IMG/VR virus record: IMGVR_UViG_3300031552_000001
Span: 32,001-96,000 of that record
Length of the DNA stretch: 64,000 nt
Source of the DNA: a virus
Strand: one strand, 5' to 3'
A model generated the notes under the pieces. It was not told the DNA's origin and searched no databases. It saw only the letters and a program-made list of their open reading frames with translations. Shown piece by piece: positions 35,485-45,305 of this stretch (the stretch's first letter is position 1; each line of letters starts with the position of its first letter). The translations under genes and the position numbers were made by a program.

Positions 35485-37063
35485 TGCGCAACCCCTCTTT
35501 TATTGCCTTATCCACCAAGTTGTATTGATTTTGGATGCGCCTATTTGTTTCAGAAAATACCGTATCGCCTTCCGCAAGTTTACACATCGAGGCATAGATC
35601 TTTGCTATAGGGTGATTCAAATTAGGCACTCGATAGCAGGCGGTTTTACAAATACCGTATTGAATAGAATCCGCCTCTGCCTTAATAAGATCCATCCCTT
35701 GCTTAGACAATTCACCGCAAAGTGAGGCAAAAGCCAATTTAACTTCCGATTCGTTTCCGTTCACTTCATGCATAAGATGAGCAACCTCGCCCAAATTGCC
35801 TCCATTCCACATATATTGGCTAACAGCCTTGTGAAGCTCTGCGGAAGCTTCCTTTTTCATCTCCTCATTCTTTGCAGAGGCGCTGAAGCACTCATCTAGC
35901 ATCTTAGCTAATTTCTGCCTGGTTCGAATAAGACTTCCATATGGATTAGCCCACGGATAATAGTCTCGCTTGGAAACTTCCTTCTTGATAGCTTCCAAGG
36001 AGTGAGCCTCCTGCGCAGCCTTTATAAGAAGTCCTGCATGAGGTCGGCGCGCCCTAATGTAGTCAAATGCCTGCTTCGTGAAAGAGCCCATTTTTATTCC
36101 TTCACCCCCTGGAGGGGCCGTTACAGCCCCCGCCGCGGGGGCAGGAATCTGTTCTTCGGGCATAGGAAGCTGCCCTGCCATGGCTTCTGGAGCAGCTTCC
36201 GCAGGAGCTCCCGCTACTCCAGCGTCAGGAGGAGGACCTTCTGGGGCAGGAGCAGGGACCGCCCCAGGTTGGCCTTGAGGATTCATTGCGTCTAGGGTTT
36301 GTTGCTGCACCTTCTGGAGTTCTTGTCTTTTTTTAGCGAGCTCTATTTCCCGTTGAATCTCTAACATCTGTTTATTGTAGCTGTCTCCGTCCTCGGCCGA
36401 CATAGGCTCTTCTTGAGGCATTGGCGCTGGTGCTTGGGGCATCATGCCCGGGGCTACATCAGCTTGTTTAGACTTTTCATCTCCCAAAACTCGGGAAAGA
36501 ACAGAAGAATAGTCATCCCCGTTAGCACTCGCGTGTTTTGAGGTAAGATCAAAAATACGGTCTAATACCAAGTCTCCACTTTCATTCTTAGAGCGCTGAG
36601 CACAAGCTACTTTCTCCAATCCAGGAGGCGCAAAATCAACGCCCAAAAATAGCTTAGATAGTGCAGCGTCGGCTTCCAAACCCGCCTGCCCTAACTTTAC
36701 AGAACCGCGGGCATAGTCGTCGGCCGCAGGACTCATAGTCTGGGGCCGAGCCCCGTTATTGATCTCCAATAAAATCTCACCCGGGTCCGCTACCGAAAAA
36801 TCAATATTCTTGTCTGAAGCATACTTCTCATTATCACTGAACAGTCTAGAAAACGTCTCTTGGTTCGCGAATTCGACAACTCTACGTACCTGATGGGTAG
36901 AAATACTGGGATGCTCCCTAGCAATTTTTACAATCGAGTCGTTTAGTGAGCTGCTCCCAGAGAGGTATTCCACCGCAGCCCGTCTTCCCAAGGACTGTAG
37001 GTCTGAAGGACTCAAAGCGGCGTAGGTACTTTTTGATTCTAGACCAAATGGAATGTCGCTCAT
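35474..37063 (-). CDS. Head core protein (KxA-rich, Pro/Ala/Gln linker)
   Basis: At least 12 K-x-A motifs; GAGGT RBS; directly downstream of TerL. Confidence 0.72.
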   Translation of the reverse strand: MSDIPFGLESKSTYAALSPSDLQSLGRRAAVEYLSGSSSLNDSIVKIAREHPSISTHQVRRVVEFANQETFSRLFSDNEKYASDKNIDFSVADPGEILLEINNGARPQTMSPAADDYARGSVKLGQAGLEADAALSKLFLGVDFAPPGLEKVACAQRSKNESGDLVLDRIFDLTSKHASANGDDYSSVLSRVLGDEKSKQADVAPGMMPQAPAPMPQEEPMSAEDGDSYNKQMLEIQREIELAKKRQELQKVQQQTLDAMNPQGQPGAVPAPAPEGPPPDAGVAGAPAEAAPEAMAGQLPMPEEQIPAPAAGAVTAPPGGEGIKMGSFTKQAFDYIRARRPHAGLLIKAAQEAHSLEAIKKEVSKRDYYPWANPYGSLIRTRQKLAKMLDECFSASAKNEEMKKEASAELHKAVSQYMWNGGNLGEVAHLMHEVNGNESEVKLAFASLCGELSKQGMDLIKAEADSIQYGICKTACYRVPNLNHPIAKIYASMCKLAEGDTVFSETNRRIQNQYNLVDKAIKEGLRNAS

Positions 37064-37123
37064 GTGTTACCTCGTAATGCACAAGTTAGTGGCGTTCGCC
37101 GCGGCTCAACCCTAACATGAGGC

Positions 37124-40100
37124 CTAATTCGTGGGAAGATTAGGGGATGACGTAATGTCAAGATCGTCCATGGTATCCTCATAGTCTTCCTCGCTCACCA
37201 ACCCATGCTCCCTCTGTATCTCTTTAGTGGGAAGAATAACGTCCGCTCGAGGTCTTATGTAAAAAGAGGCTAGAAAACCAAATACCATCGCGTGGAATGA
37301 GTCGTCGGTCCTCCCAGCAGCGCACTTGTAAATATTCATCCTAAGCCTATCATTGTACTCCGAAAATATGTTCAACATATCTATAGCAAAAGGCTCTTCG
37401 AATTCTTCCCACCGAGGAAACCAAAATACATTAGCCCTTTTTATTGCGTTAAAAACGTCTGACATCACCTCAGTGCGGTGGCATAAATGTCTCGGCACCC
37501 CCAGCTGGGCATCAAACTTTACCTTCTTCTTAACATTACCGACCCATTGGTATTTCTTCACCTTATCAGCTCCGAAATATCTAACAAGCTCGTCATTTGG
37601 CCAAAAACCCCCTCCGTAGTCTACTCCAATTTTTTGAACGTTAAATTCTCTAACTAGGTGTCGTATCTTCTTTATTTGCACTGCGGGCTCTGATTCTACA
37701 CCTTCAAATCTATGCCAATAGAACCAAGTGAATCTCTCAGGAGCAAACGGCAAATATCCTCCTAGGCAAACTACCGTGTAACTATTCTCGCCCGACCCCC
37801 AGTCAATTCCCATGAATATCGGATACTGACTGCTGTACTGCTTCACGTCTTTATAAAACTGCATGGACAACTCGTCCCAGCAGTTTCTTCTAACATCTCT
37901 TCGAGTAAGAGGTCTGGTGCCGGAATCATAACTTCTTCCAAGAACCTCATTGTAGAACTTAGCTCTGCTGTACACTCTCTGCTTGTTGAGTATGTCGTTC
38001 CAATCCATCCACGGAACCATAAGCTGAGGTATTCTAAATCCCTCAAATGGATTCTCAGTATTAGGATTGGGGTTAATTGCGCTCCAGCAGGCGTCGGGAT
38101 CGTCAGGTCGTATAAGCTTTCTACACCGGCTACAGATAAGACCGTCCGGGCCTATATTTTCCTCATCCAAAACATTCCAATGCCAGGAGCTTCTATTTTT
38201 TGGGGTTCCGTGTCTTTTACAAGGTACCACCCATTCGTTCTGCGTAGAGAACCTAGACCAGTAATACTCTATGGAGTTGTCTAAGGATTTAGGAGTTCCG
38301 GCGTAAATAAAATATTTGAATGATGAGTGAGACGCGCACTCCTCAATAACCGGCACGTTGTCGAGCAGAATGTCTTGGAATTCATCGATAACAACCAAGT
38401 CTGAAGGAATTCCACGAGTGTTATGCACTACTAGACCGTCTGCTACAAAGCAGCCAGATTCTTCCACGGTTAAATCATATACGTCATCCACTCCTTCTTC
38501 AAACACGCCCTTGACTCGGACCCACGACCGGGACGGGTCGCATAATCCTTTCAGATAAGAATCGTTCAGTTTATAAGCTATAGATAACAGTACTCTACGA
38601 CCAATACTGTCTTTGACGTTGCCTGGTCTAAGTTGAATTCTATATCTCGTCCAAGCAGAATGAGTGCTTAGGCCGTAATGCTCTTTTAAGTACCTCCTTA
38701 ACAACGCGTAAGATACAGGAATTCTGTCTTTGTCGTCTTTGCTTCTAGTAGTCTTAACCTCACATTTTCTAAAATGCCCAATAAGGTGTAAGAGCCTCTC
38801 TGTGGGGTACTTAGTCAAAGACAACGTGTAGCTTACTTTAGCCTTTTTTGTAGACGGCCTCTTGCGATAAATAGCGCTTCGAATGCCAAAATTCCATAGC
38901 ATCCTAGCCAAGCCCTCTATCAATTCCTTGGATGCACTAGAGTATCCAGCTCTAGCCCCTCCGTCGTCAGGGCTACACCAGCCATCCCCCCAAAATAATG
39001 CCCGTAAAAAAGCGATCTTCTCCGACTTAGGGGCAGACCATATGGCACGCGGTATCTTCTTATACTCCGCTTTTTTACCGAATTCCCCTAAGCTCCATAA
39101 AAGAGCCTTAGCTCCGTTAATGCCCTGTCCTCGACGGTCGGAGTACAGCCCTACATTCCAGCACGTTTTAAACCCCGGTCTAGAGTCCTCTACTCGAGAA
39201 CCTACAGACAGCCCCACCCTACGCGCTTTTACTTCAAACTCCCTCAAGTATTTCTTGTCAGAATTTGTAAACCTAACAGAGGACGGCTTGTTACACTCGC
39301 CTTCTGCTAACATGGCCCCTATGAGCCAAGCCATGTCCTCACCAACACTCAAAAAGGCGCACTCCTTGCCTGAATGGTGCGGGGCAGCTACAAAATCGCT
39401 TTTGAGGAGGTCTTCTGCATTTACCCAGCCTCGTTGCGTAAGAATAGGGTGGTCAAAGCTGCACATTAGTGGAACAGGATAGTCAGTCTCTACTCTGACT
39501 ATCCTTTTTCTTGCGCTTAAATGGGGGTTTGTAGCTGTAGCAATATAAGGCTTACCTTCTGTTGTCGAGGTAACGACCCGAACAGCCTTTCCTGCTTCTG
39601 CTAACTCCTTAATAGAGGCCAATGACCCGTCTGCTAAGTGTATTAGGCTGCTGCCATGCAAGCATCGGTCCGCGTTCAAAAATGCAAATCGAAGAGTTAT
39701 TTGTGAGTGGTTAATGAACCTCTTCTCAAACACATTTTTGAGGAGTCGATTATTGGTAGTTTGCTTCAAGAAAGGGGAAAGCTCTATAGGCTCAGCAATT
39801 CGGTCCCTACTGAACACTTTAGTTTGTTGGTTAGAGGGACTGACATAGAGCGCTCGAAAATAAGGGTTCATAAGCAAGTATGAAAGAGACACATTTCCCA
39901 GTAGCGTGCTGTTGTGCGCTACCAGCCCCTCAACGACAAAATTATGAGTATCACCTACCTCAAAGTCTACGCACTTGCAAATTCCTACTGGGGTGATCTC
40001 GACAACCCTGTCCCAATAAAGATCGGTGTCGGTGTGCGCAGCTAAAACATCCACCAACCCTTGATCGCATAATGAATCAGACCTAAAAAAACGAACATAC

Positions 40101-41479
40101 TCCAATAACTTGTTTCGAGTGGGCGGGTACTTTAATGTGCGGCGAAGCCCATCTTTATGCAAACTCTTGCGCCTATTTTCATGCCAGTTATCTTCCCCTC
40201 TAGAAGCTAAAATCTGTGCAATTAGTTTATTGATTTCTTTCGGGTACGTATCGCGATTATTACTAGAAGAGCCCGTAGGGGGTTTTACCTTCTCAGATTT
40301 TCCTAACGCCCCTATATCTTTCAGTAGGCGTGTGGCGCCCTTCTGAGTCTCTACGCGCAGTATATAAGCGAATTTTCTTTCCCCTCTTTTCTTATAAATA
40401 GACGGCCAGTTTTCTCGTATTTTGGAAGGTATACCGAACTTCCAAAGCAGGGACTGCACCTGTCTAACAAGAAGCTTGGACATAGAGCAGTATTCTAAGC
40501 TATACTTAGACCGGCTGTTTTTCTTAATGTGGCCGTCAGTAGACCAAAGACGATTTAAAAACAGTGATGTTTGCCGCATACTAAGGTCAAACACCCAAGG
40601 CGGGATAAATTTAGTGTAAGAGCTACAATCCAGAAGCCCGTCCTCTCTCATCCATCTATAAATCTCCCCAACATGAATTTTAACTATCTTGGAACTTCGA
40701 GTTGCGTAGTCATAAATTTTACTAGAACCCCCTACATTTTTAACGTCTGAAATAAATTCTGAAAGCCTCTCTCCCGGAGTTTGCGTAAAGCACACTCCGT
40801 CTGTAAGTCCGCCGTCTCCAATCAAATAGGCAGTTAGCCTTACCCTACTTTCGGGCATTGTAACTGAACCCGTAAAGTCCCCCCCTTGCCGCACAGCAGC
40901 TATTCTGTCTCCTACTCTTAATTGAGATCCCTCCGTCCAGCCGTCCCAGGTTCTCATAGGGTGGGTTAATGCTATCTCTAAGGTACGCCCTTGCCGAGTT
41001 TTTACTCTTACACAAGGCTTTGATACCCGTTTAGACACCCAACTAACGGTACCTGAAGACAGGTGTGCCCCGTCTAGCGACATTGTTACAAGAGAGTCTC
41101 CGATCTTCACGTCCCCTGCGGCAATCAACTCCCCGTTTGCTCGGCTACACAAGCTGGAGATAGGTACGCACTTCTCGACTTGCCTTCCAGCCATCAATAT
41201 TTTGCGCTTAGAAGACGAGTTGTATATAGCTCTAAGATACTCCCTGCCTTTAAAACTGAAGTTAACTAACCTACCCCCTGAAGGGATCTTAAACGCCCCC
41301 TCCACGAAAGCAGAGGGGACGGCCGTCAACGCCCCTTCTCTCGTAAAAGAACCTATATCTATCTCCTCGTTTGCTCTTTTCTCCTTAGCCGATAAAGGAT
41401 CGTACCTATAGTCTTCCTCAGTATCGTAGAGGGAACTCGGACGGACATCAGGATTATCGGATAAGGCTACACGCAGCAT
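37124..41479 (-). CDS. terL: Terminase large subunit containing two inteins (spliced product about 616 aa)
   Basis: After splicing: Walker A GRQVEK|ST, NADR|TRG, Walker B LVVIDEFQD, nuclease MGIDWG, IGVDYG, TDDSFHA. ATG 41479 after GGAGG. Confidence 0.92.
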   Translation of the reverse strand: MLRVALSDNPDVRPSSLYDTEEDYRYDPLSAKEKRANEEIDIGSFTREGALTAVPSAFVEGAFKIPSGGRLVNFSFKGREYLRAIYNSSSKRKILMAGRQVEKCVPISSLCSRANGELIAAGDVKIGDSLVTMSLDGAHLSSGTVSWVSKRVSKPCVRVKTRQGRTLEIALTHPMRTWDGWTEGSQLRVGDRIAAVRQGGDFTGSVTMPESRVRLTAYLIGDGGLTDGVCFTQTPGERLSEFISDVKNVGGSSKIYDYATRSSKIVKIHVGEIYRWMREDGLLDCSSYTKFIPPWVFDLSMRQTSLFLNRLWSTDGHIKKNSRSKYSLEYCSMSKLLVRQVQSLLWKFGIPSKIRENWPSIYKKRGERKFAYILRVETQKGATRLLKDIGALGKSEKVKPPTGSSSNNRDTYPKEINKLIAQILASRGEDNWHENRRKSLHKDGLRRTLKYPPTRNKLLEYVRFFRSDSLCDQGLVDVLAAHTDTDLYWDRVVEITPVGICKCVDFEVGDTHNFVVEGLVAHNSTLLGNVSLSYLLMNPYFRALYVSPSNQQTKVFSRDRIAEPIELSPFLKQTTNNRLLKNVFEKRFINHSQITLRFAFLNADRCLHGSSLIHLADGSLASIKELAEAGKAVRVVTSTTEGKPYIATATNPHLSARKRIVRVETDYPVPLMCSFDHPILTQRGWVNAEDLLKSDFVAAPHHSGKECAFLSVGEDMAWLIGAMLAEGECNKPSSVRFTNSDKKYLREFEVKARRVGLSVGSRVEDSRPGFKTCWNVGLYSDRRGQGINGAKALLWSLGEFGKKAEYKKIPRAIWSAPKSEKIAFLRALFWGDGWCSPDDGGARAGYSSASKELIEGLARMLWNFGIRSAIYRKRPSTKKAKVSYTLSLTKYPTERLLHLIGHFRKCEVKTTRSKDDKDRIPVSYALLRRYLKEHYGLSTHSAWTRYRIQLRPGNVKDSIGRRVLLSIAYKLNDSYLKGLCDPSRSWVRVKGVFEEGVDDVYDLTVEESGCFVADGLVVHNTRGIPSDLVVIDEFQDILLDNVPVIEECASHSSFKYFIYAGTPKSLDNSIEYYWSRFSTQNEWVVPCKRHGTPKNRSSWHWNVLDEENIGPDGLICSRCRKLIRPDDPDACWSAINPNPNTENPFEGFRIPQLMVPWMDWNDILNKQRVYSRAKFYNEVLGRSYDSGTRPLTRRDVRRNCWDELSMQFYKDVKQYSSQYPIFMGIDWGSGENSYTVVCLGGYLPFAPERFTWFYWHRFEGVESEPAVQIKKIRHLVREFNVQKIGVDYGGGFWPNDELVRYFGADKVKKYQWVGNVKKKVKFDAQLGVPRHLCHRTEVMSDVFNAIKRANVFWFPRWEEFEEPFAIDMLNIFSEYNDRLRMNIYKCAAGRTDDSFHAMVFGFLASFYIRPRADVILPTKEIQREHGLVSEEDYEDTMDDLDITSSPNLPTN
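38420..39664 (-). mobile_element. Intein 2 of TerL (415 aa, LAGLIDADG endonuclease)
   Basis: C-start CLHGSS, CSFDHP, ends LVVHN|T. Motifs IGAMLAEG and LRALFWGDG. Confidence 0.93.
39911..41170 (-). mobile_element. Intein 1 of TerL (420 aa, LAGLIDADG endonuclease) in Walker A
   Basis: C-start CVPISS, TLEIALTHP, ends LVAHN|S. Motifs TAYLIGDG and LNRLWSTDG. Confidence 0.93.
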
Positions 41480-41527
41480 TAAATAGTCCTCCAAGAAAAA
41501 AGAAGACCTCTCTGGTATAAGAGGGCC

Positions 41528-41893
41528 ATGACAACCTCCAAGAAACACCTAGCTAAAACCAGACTGCAATGGGTAGAGCATGCTCGACTAGGCATTCTCA
41601 GTGCTGTAGGGGAAGATGTCGTAAAACCCCAGTTTAGAGTATTCTCTACTGTAGATCCTCTTCGATTCATATTGAGCATTAACCTTACACTACCACTAGC
41701 AAAGAACACCAGGAAACCTCTGAGAGACTATATACGCGCATGGGCAGAAGAATTCGGCTGTGAAGTGCCTGTTATAGACATTCAAAACTCTAGAGTTCAA
41801 GCAGAGGTACTAACTAAAGAAAGAGTATGGAGTAGAGATGCAAAAGGTAAATTCACTAAGGGGGCAAGAAGGTTTGAACGCAGGCCTCGATGA
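41528..41893 (+). CDS. Hypothetical protein
   Basis: GAGG RBS; first gene of a + strand island. Confidence 0.6.
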   Translation: MTTSKKHLAKTRLQWVEHARLGILSAVGEDVVKPQFRVFSTVDPLRFILSINLTLPLAKNTRKPLRDYIRAWAEEFGCEVPVIDIQNSRVQAEVLTKERVWSRDAKGKFTKGARRFERRPR

Positions 41894-42491
41894 GTGCGGT
41901 ATGGGAGCCCTTTGCGGGCCCGTTACAGTTTGCGTTGCTGCCTTTCCGATAGGCCCATGCCCGGTAGAGGGCGTAGAAGACTCTAAGAAGCTGACATTCA
42001 AAAAGAGGATGGAGCTGGCGCCCGTTCTTATGAAGAAAGCGTCCTTCTTCAATATAGGATGGGCGCACCCCTCAGTAATAGATAAAGAGGGGCTGAGTGA
42101 GGCCTGGAGAAGAGCGAGTTTAGACGCCCTTGAGGGGCTCCCGAAAAACACCGACCTCCACATAGACGGGGTAAATACCATACAGGGGTATACGGGAGTG
42201 CAGACTGCGTACGTAGATGGAGACGACTTCATTTGGCAAATTTCCGCAGCCAGTGTGATAGCCAAAGCAGCTAGAGACTTAGAAATGATAGGAATGAGCC
42301 GATATTTTCCTCATTATAGATGGGAAAGAAACATGGGGTACGGCTCAGCAGCTCACATAGAGGCACTCATTAAGCTAGGCCCCAGCTTTTATCATCGAGG
42401 AAGGTACCTCGTCAAATTGTTTGAAAAGCATAAGGATAAAATAAACGTAGCTAAATGGGGTAAATGGATGGAATCCTGGATTCCGTACTGA
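41838..42491 (+). CDS. rnhB: Ribonuclease HII
   Basis: AGLDECG.GAL.GPV, DSKKLT, HIDG, GD...QISAASVIAKAARD, GYG...H...GPS.YHR. The true start may be TTG 41874. Confidence 0.9.
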   Translation: MQKVNSLRGQEGLNAGLDECGMGALCGPVTVCVAAFPIGPCPVEGVEDSKKLTFKKRMELAPVLMKKASFFNIGWAHPSVIDKEGLSEAWRRASLDALEGLPKNTDLHIDGVNTIQGYTGVQTAYVDGDDFIWQISAASVIAKAARDLEMIGMSRYFPHYRWERNMGYGSAAHIEALIKLGPSFYHRGRYLVKLFEKHKDKINVAKWGKWMESWIPY

Positions 42492-42503
42492 AAGGCAAGA
42501 CAT

Positions 42504-42974
42504 ATGACTAAAACACAAGACGCCATATACGAGCTAGTTTCGGCACAGTCCGCTCTCAATACGCCAACCCCGTCCTCGTGCCCGTCAAATTATGTGGAAC
42601 ACGCGTACGGTCATATTTCTAACGCTTTACGCATACTAACAGCCGACGAGACTATGAAATTGTCGCGTTGGACAGTCTCCATTGGAACTGAGAGGTTGTT
42701 ACAAAAAACCAGTTGGTGCACATTAGACAAGTCAGGGGAACTCAGTATAGACTTACTAGCATTTATCCGCGCTTTCGGATACGAAATACCTGATAGCCAC
42801 AAAGAAACTGTCGTAGAGGAAGTCGGACATCGTGTACGCTCAAGACTGCCTTTCTTACGTACTAACGCTCCCCCTATAGACACCATTAGCGCTATCAAAG
42901 CCATAATACTCAGCGAATTGAGCCAACTGGAAAGAGAAGGCTATTTCTGCGAGATGATCTGCTTACGCACTTAG
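42504..42974 (+). CDS. Hypothetical protein
   Basis: AAGG RBS; convergent with the ligase operon. Confidence 0.55.
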   Translation: MTKTQDAIYELVSAQSALNTPTPSSCPSNYVEHAYGHISNALRILTADETMKLSRWTVSIGTERLLQKTSWCTLDKSGELSIDLLAFIRAFGYEIPDSHKETVVEEVGHRVRSRLPFLRTNAPPIDTISAIKAIILSELSQLEREGYFCEMICLRT

Positions 42975-42999
42975 CGTAAAGAGGATCATCTCCTTGATC

Positions 43000-43194
43000 C
43001 TAGTGAAGAGCGGCTATTTTACTGAGTTCGTCTAGAAAAGACGACAGTACACTAGCGCTCTTCTCTACCTTTTCGGGGAGCTTCAAGCCCGTACTAGCAT
43101 TGTCCCAGTGTACTACGTCAGCGGGAGTAATGCCTGCTTTTCGCGCTCCAGCAGAGTGGAAGAATCTTCTTTGACGCTCACTTTTGTACGGCAT
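43000..43194 (-). CDS. Small virion-type protein (MPYKSERQRRFF module, C-terminal SFLDELSKIA)
   Basis: N-terminal MP[FY]KS..QRR motif typical of small phage head modules; shared motif at the C-terminus. Confidence 0.7.
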   Translation of the reverse strand: MPYKSERQRRFFHSAGARKAGITPADVVHWDNASTGLKLPEKVEKSASVLSSFLDELSKIAALH

Positions 43195-43199
43195 ATTTC

Positions 43200-44756
43200 T
43201 TAACTCGTAGACATTGCCATATAGCGCAACTCATCCAAAAATGAGCAAGCCAGTTTTTGAAAGTATAGAGGCCCACAAAAATTCTTCCAAGCTGTTTTCT
43301 CTATCTCACCTTTTTCAAGATGCCATCCACTAAATCTTGGTTGAAAAAGAGCACCCCTGTCCTCAGTTCCGAAACGCTTTGTCGCCCTCACTTTTGCTAC
43401 TCTCCCAATATATTTGTTCTGGTTTTTCAGCATATCCTTGCCCATAGCGTGAGGAAAGCCCCCTACTTGTCCTACAATAGGCCCGTCTTCTGTCCAAGAG
43501 TAGCTTACAGAGCCGGCTCTATCGTGAGGCTCTCCCGTTTTTCCACTTACGGCAGGGTGTATTTTCCTTACATAGACATCAAAATCCGGAATGATTTTTG
43601 CTTTTGTTGGGGCGCTAGAAGACTGCTGTTCCACAAGGACTACGCCCTCTCTTGTAAGGGGGTACTTGCCTGTTATTATGCTTTTAAGAAGGGAGGATTT
43701 ATCTTTGGGTGTTAATGCCATTTTCGGCATCCAAAGGTCTTTAATTTTTTCTTCTACCTCTTTAAGGATCTTTAACTTCTCCACAAAAGGTGCGTCCACT
43801 ACAGATTTACCCTTATGTCTTACAACGTCGAAAGGGAACGCATGTAAGGTCGCATCCAGCTCTTTTTGTTTATCTCTACTTTCCCATACCTTCGTATTGA
43901 GAAGGCCCCCTATCACCTCTGACGGCAATGCCTTCCCTTTAGAGTCTAACGCTATAGTTTCTCCTCGAAGTATAGTTTTATCCAATTCCTTAGGAACTTT
44001 GTCCTTCAGCAGCTCTGTCAGTTTATGCGTGTGTTCAATAAGGCCGGTCGGGGTCAGCTTTCCTACTCTATAGGAGAATACTCTTGGAGCGCGCCCGGCC
44101 TTCAAGTCTATTATAGAATGAGCCCCATCAAGCTTAGGCATCATAATCTGGTCAGTTCTATTTGGGTCTACTTTGTCAATGTCTACTTCTTTATAACTGG
44201 CCTTACCAGAAGGTATATCCGGCCTACGTTCTCTAGTAACTGTCTTGTTGTGTATGAACCACCTTCCAGCGTCATCTCTGCGGATAGAAAATTCTTCAGG
44301 GTGCCTTTTGTCGTATAGGTTAAATCTAAGCTTAGTTCCAGGTGAGTCATCAGGCGCCGCATGATAAACGTCGGCTTTTGTTCGCCGGCCTTTCTCTACG
44401 ACCCCCTTTCCGTATTCGGTAGATATACGACCCAAAAAATCCATATACGGAATAGTATGGTCGTAGGTGGGCACCAATAAAGAAGACTGGCCGGGCTTTG
44501 GGAGCTCTTTTCGTCTTGGTAATACAAAAGAGTGAGCAACGCCGGTCTCGGGGTTGCCTAAGCGTAAGTCTACATGCGGGCCGGCTCTTTCTGCTAAATG
44601 GGGGTGAGCGGACATCTCCCAAACTTCTGGTTTTACCACCTTAGGCAGAGCAGTCACCTTTCGTTTAGGCACTCCAGGACCTAAACCACCGTCTTGATAG
44701 TAACGACTTTCCCTTTTCGTAACCCTCGCTGCTATCTTCTCCAGACGGCTAAGCAT
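43200..44756 (-). CDS. LigD-type 3'-phosphoesterase fused to ATP-dependent DNA ligase
   Basis: PE domain: HLAERAGPHVDLRL...TYDHTIPY...EYGKG. Ligase: PKLDG, LRGE, FPFDVV, REGVV, KAK, OB domain LFQPRF. Confidence 0.88.
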   Translation of the reverse strand: MLSRLEKIAARVTKRESRYYQDGGLGPGVPKRKVTALPKVVKPEVWEMSAHPHLAERAGPHVDLRLGNPETGVAHSFVLPRRKELPKPGQSSLLVPTYDHTIPYMDFLGRISTEYGKGVVEKGRRTKADVYHAAPDDSPGTKLRFNLYDKRHPEEFSIRRDDAGRWFIHNKTVTRERRPDIPSGKASYKEVDIDKVDPNRTDQIMMPKLDGAHSIIDLKAGRAPRVFSYRVGKLTPTGLIEHTHKLTELLKDKVPKELDKTILRGETIALDSKGKALPSEVIGGLLNTKVWESRDKQKELDATLHAFPFDVVRHKGKSVVDAPFVEKLKILKEVEEKIKDLWMPKMALTPKDKSSLLKSIITGKYPLTREGVVLVEQQSSSAPTKAKIIPDFDVYVRKIHPAVSGKTGEPHDRAGSVSYSWTEDGPIVGQVGGFPHAMGKDMLKNQNKYIGRVAKVRATKRFGTEDRGALFQPRFSGWHLEKGEIEKTAWKNFCGPLYFQKLACSFLDELRYMAMSTS

Positions 44757-44765
44757 ACAGACGCC

Positions 44766-45305
44766 TTACTCAGTTTCAGTAACCAAGAGATGATTAAGCG
44801 GTTCGCATGCTTTCCTAACGAACTTCTCTATGCCTACCAAAATAGCGGTATTTTTTGCCCTCTGGAACTGAACTACATAAGCCCCTAGTTCGGGCACTAG
44901 TTCTACAGCCGCGTCGCCGACCCACATGGCATCCACGGCATCTTTAATGAGTTGTTTTATATTTTCAGGAAAAGAAAGTGCAGAAGCTTCTTCAGATCTT
45001 CCAGGTGTGTAAACTAGCCCGGTGTGCCCACAATAGCCGCAGGCCTTTACCTCTCTGTTAGACACATCAACTACCGCTCCGCAATTTTTGCATTGAGGCT
45101 CATAGTGACCCTCTACCCACTTATCTTCTACGCCCGCCCTAGGAAACAAATGTAAAAGAACGTCATCTTCCTTAATCGTGTACTCAACAAAAAGCCGAGG
45201 TAGGTCAGTTATTTTTTCCAAAATTACGGGAGAGGCCGTCATAGGACGAGTACTCGCCGATACTTCAGATAAAGCATCCTTGGTATCGTAATACCACTCA
45301 GGCAT
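44766..45305 (-). CDS. Hypothetical protein with Zn ribbon
   Basis: CKNCGA...CGYCG. Start placed at ATG 45305, overlapping the upstream TGA. Confidence 0.6.
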   Translation of the reverse strand: MPEWYYDTKDALSEVSASTRPMTASPVILEKITDLPRLFVEYTIKEDDVLLHLFPRAGVEDKWVEGHYEPQCKNCGAVVDVSNREVKACGYCGHTGLVYTPGRSEEASALSFPENIKQLIKDAVDAMWVGDAAVELVPELGAYVVQFQRAKNTAILVGIEKFVRKACEPLNHLLVTETE

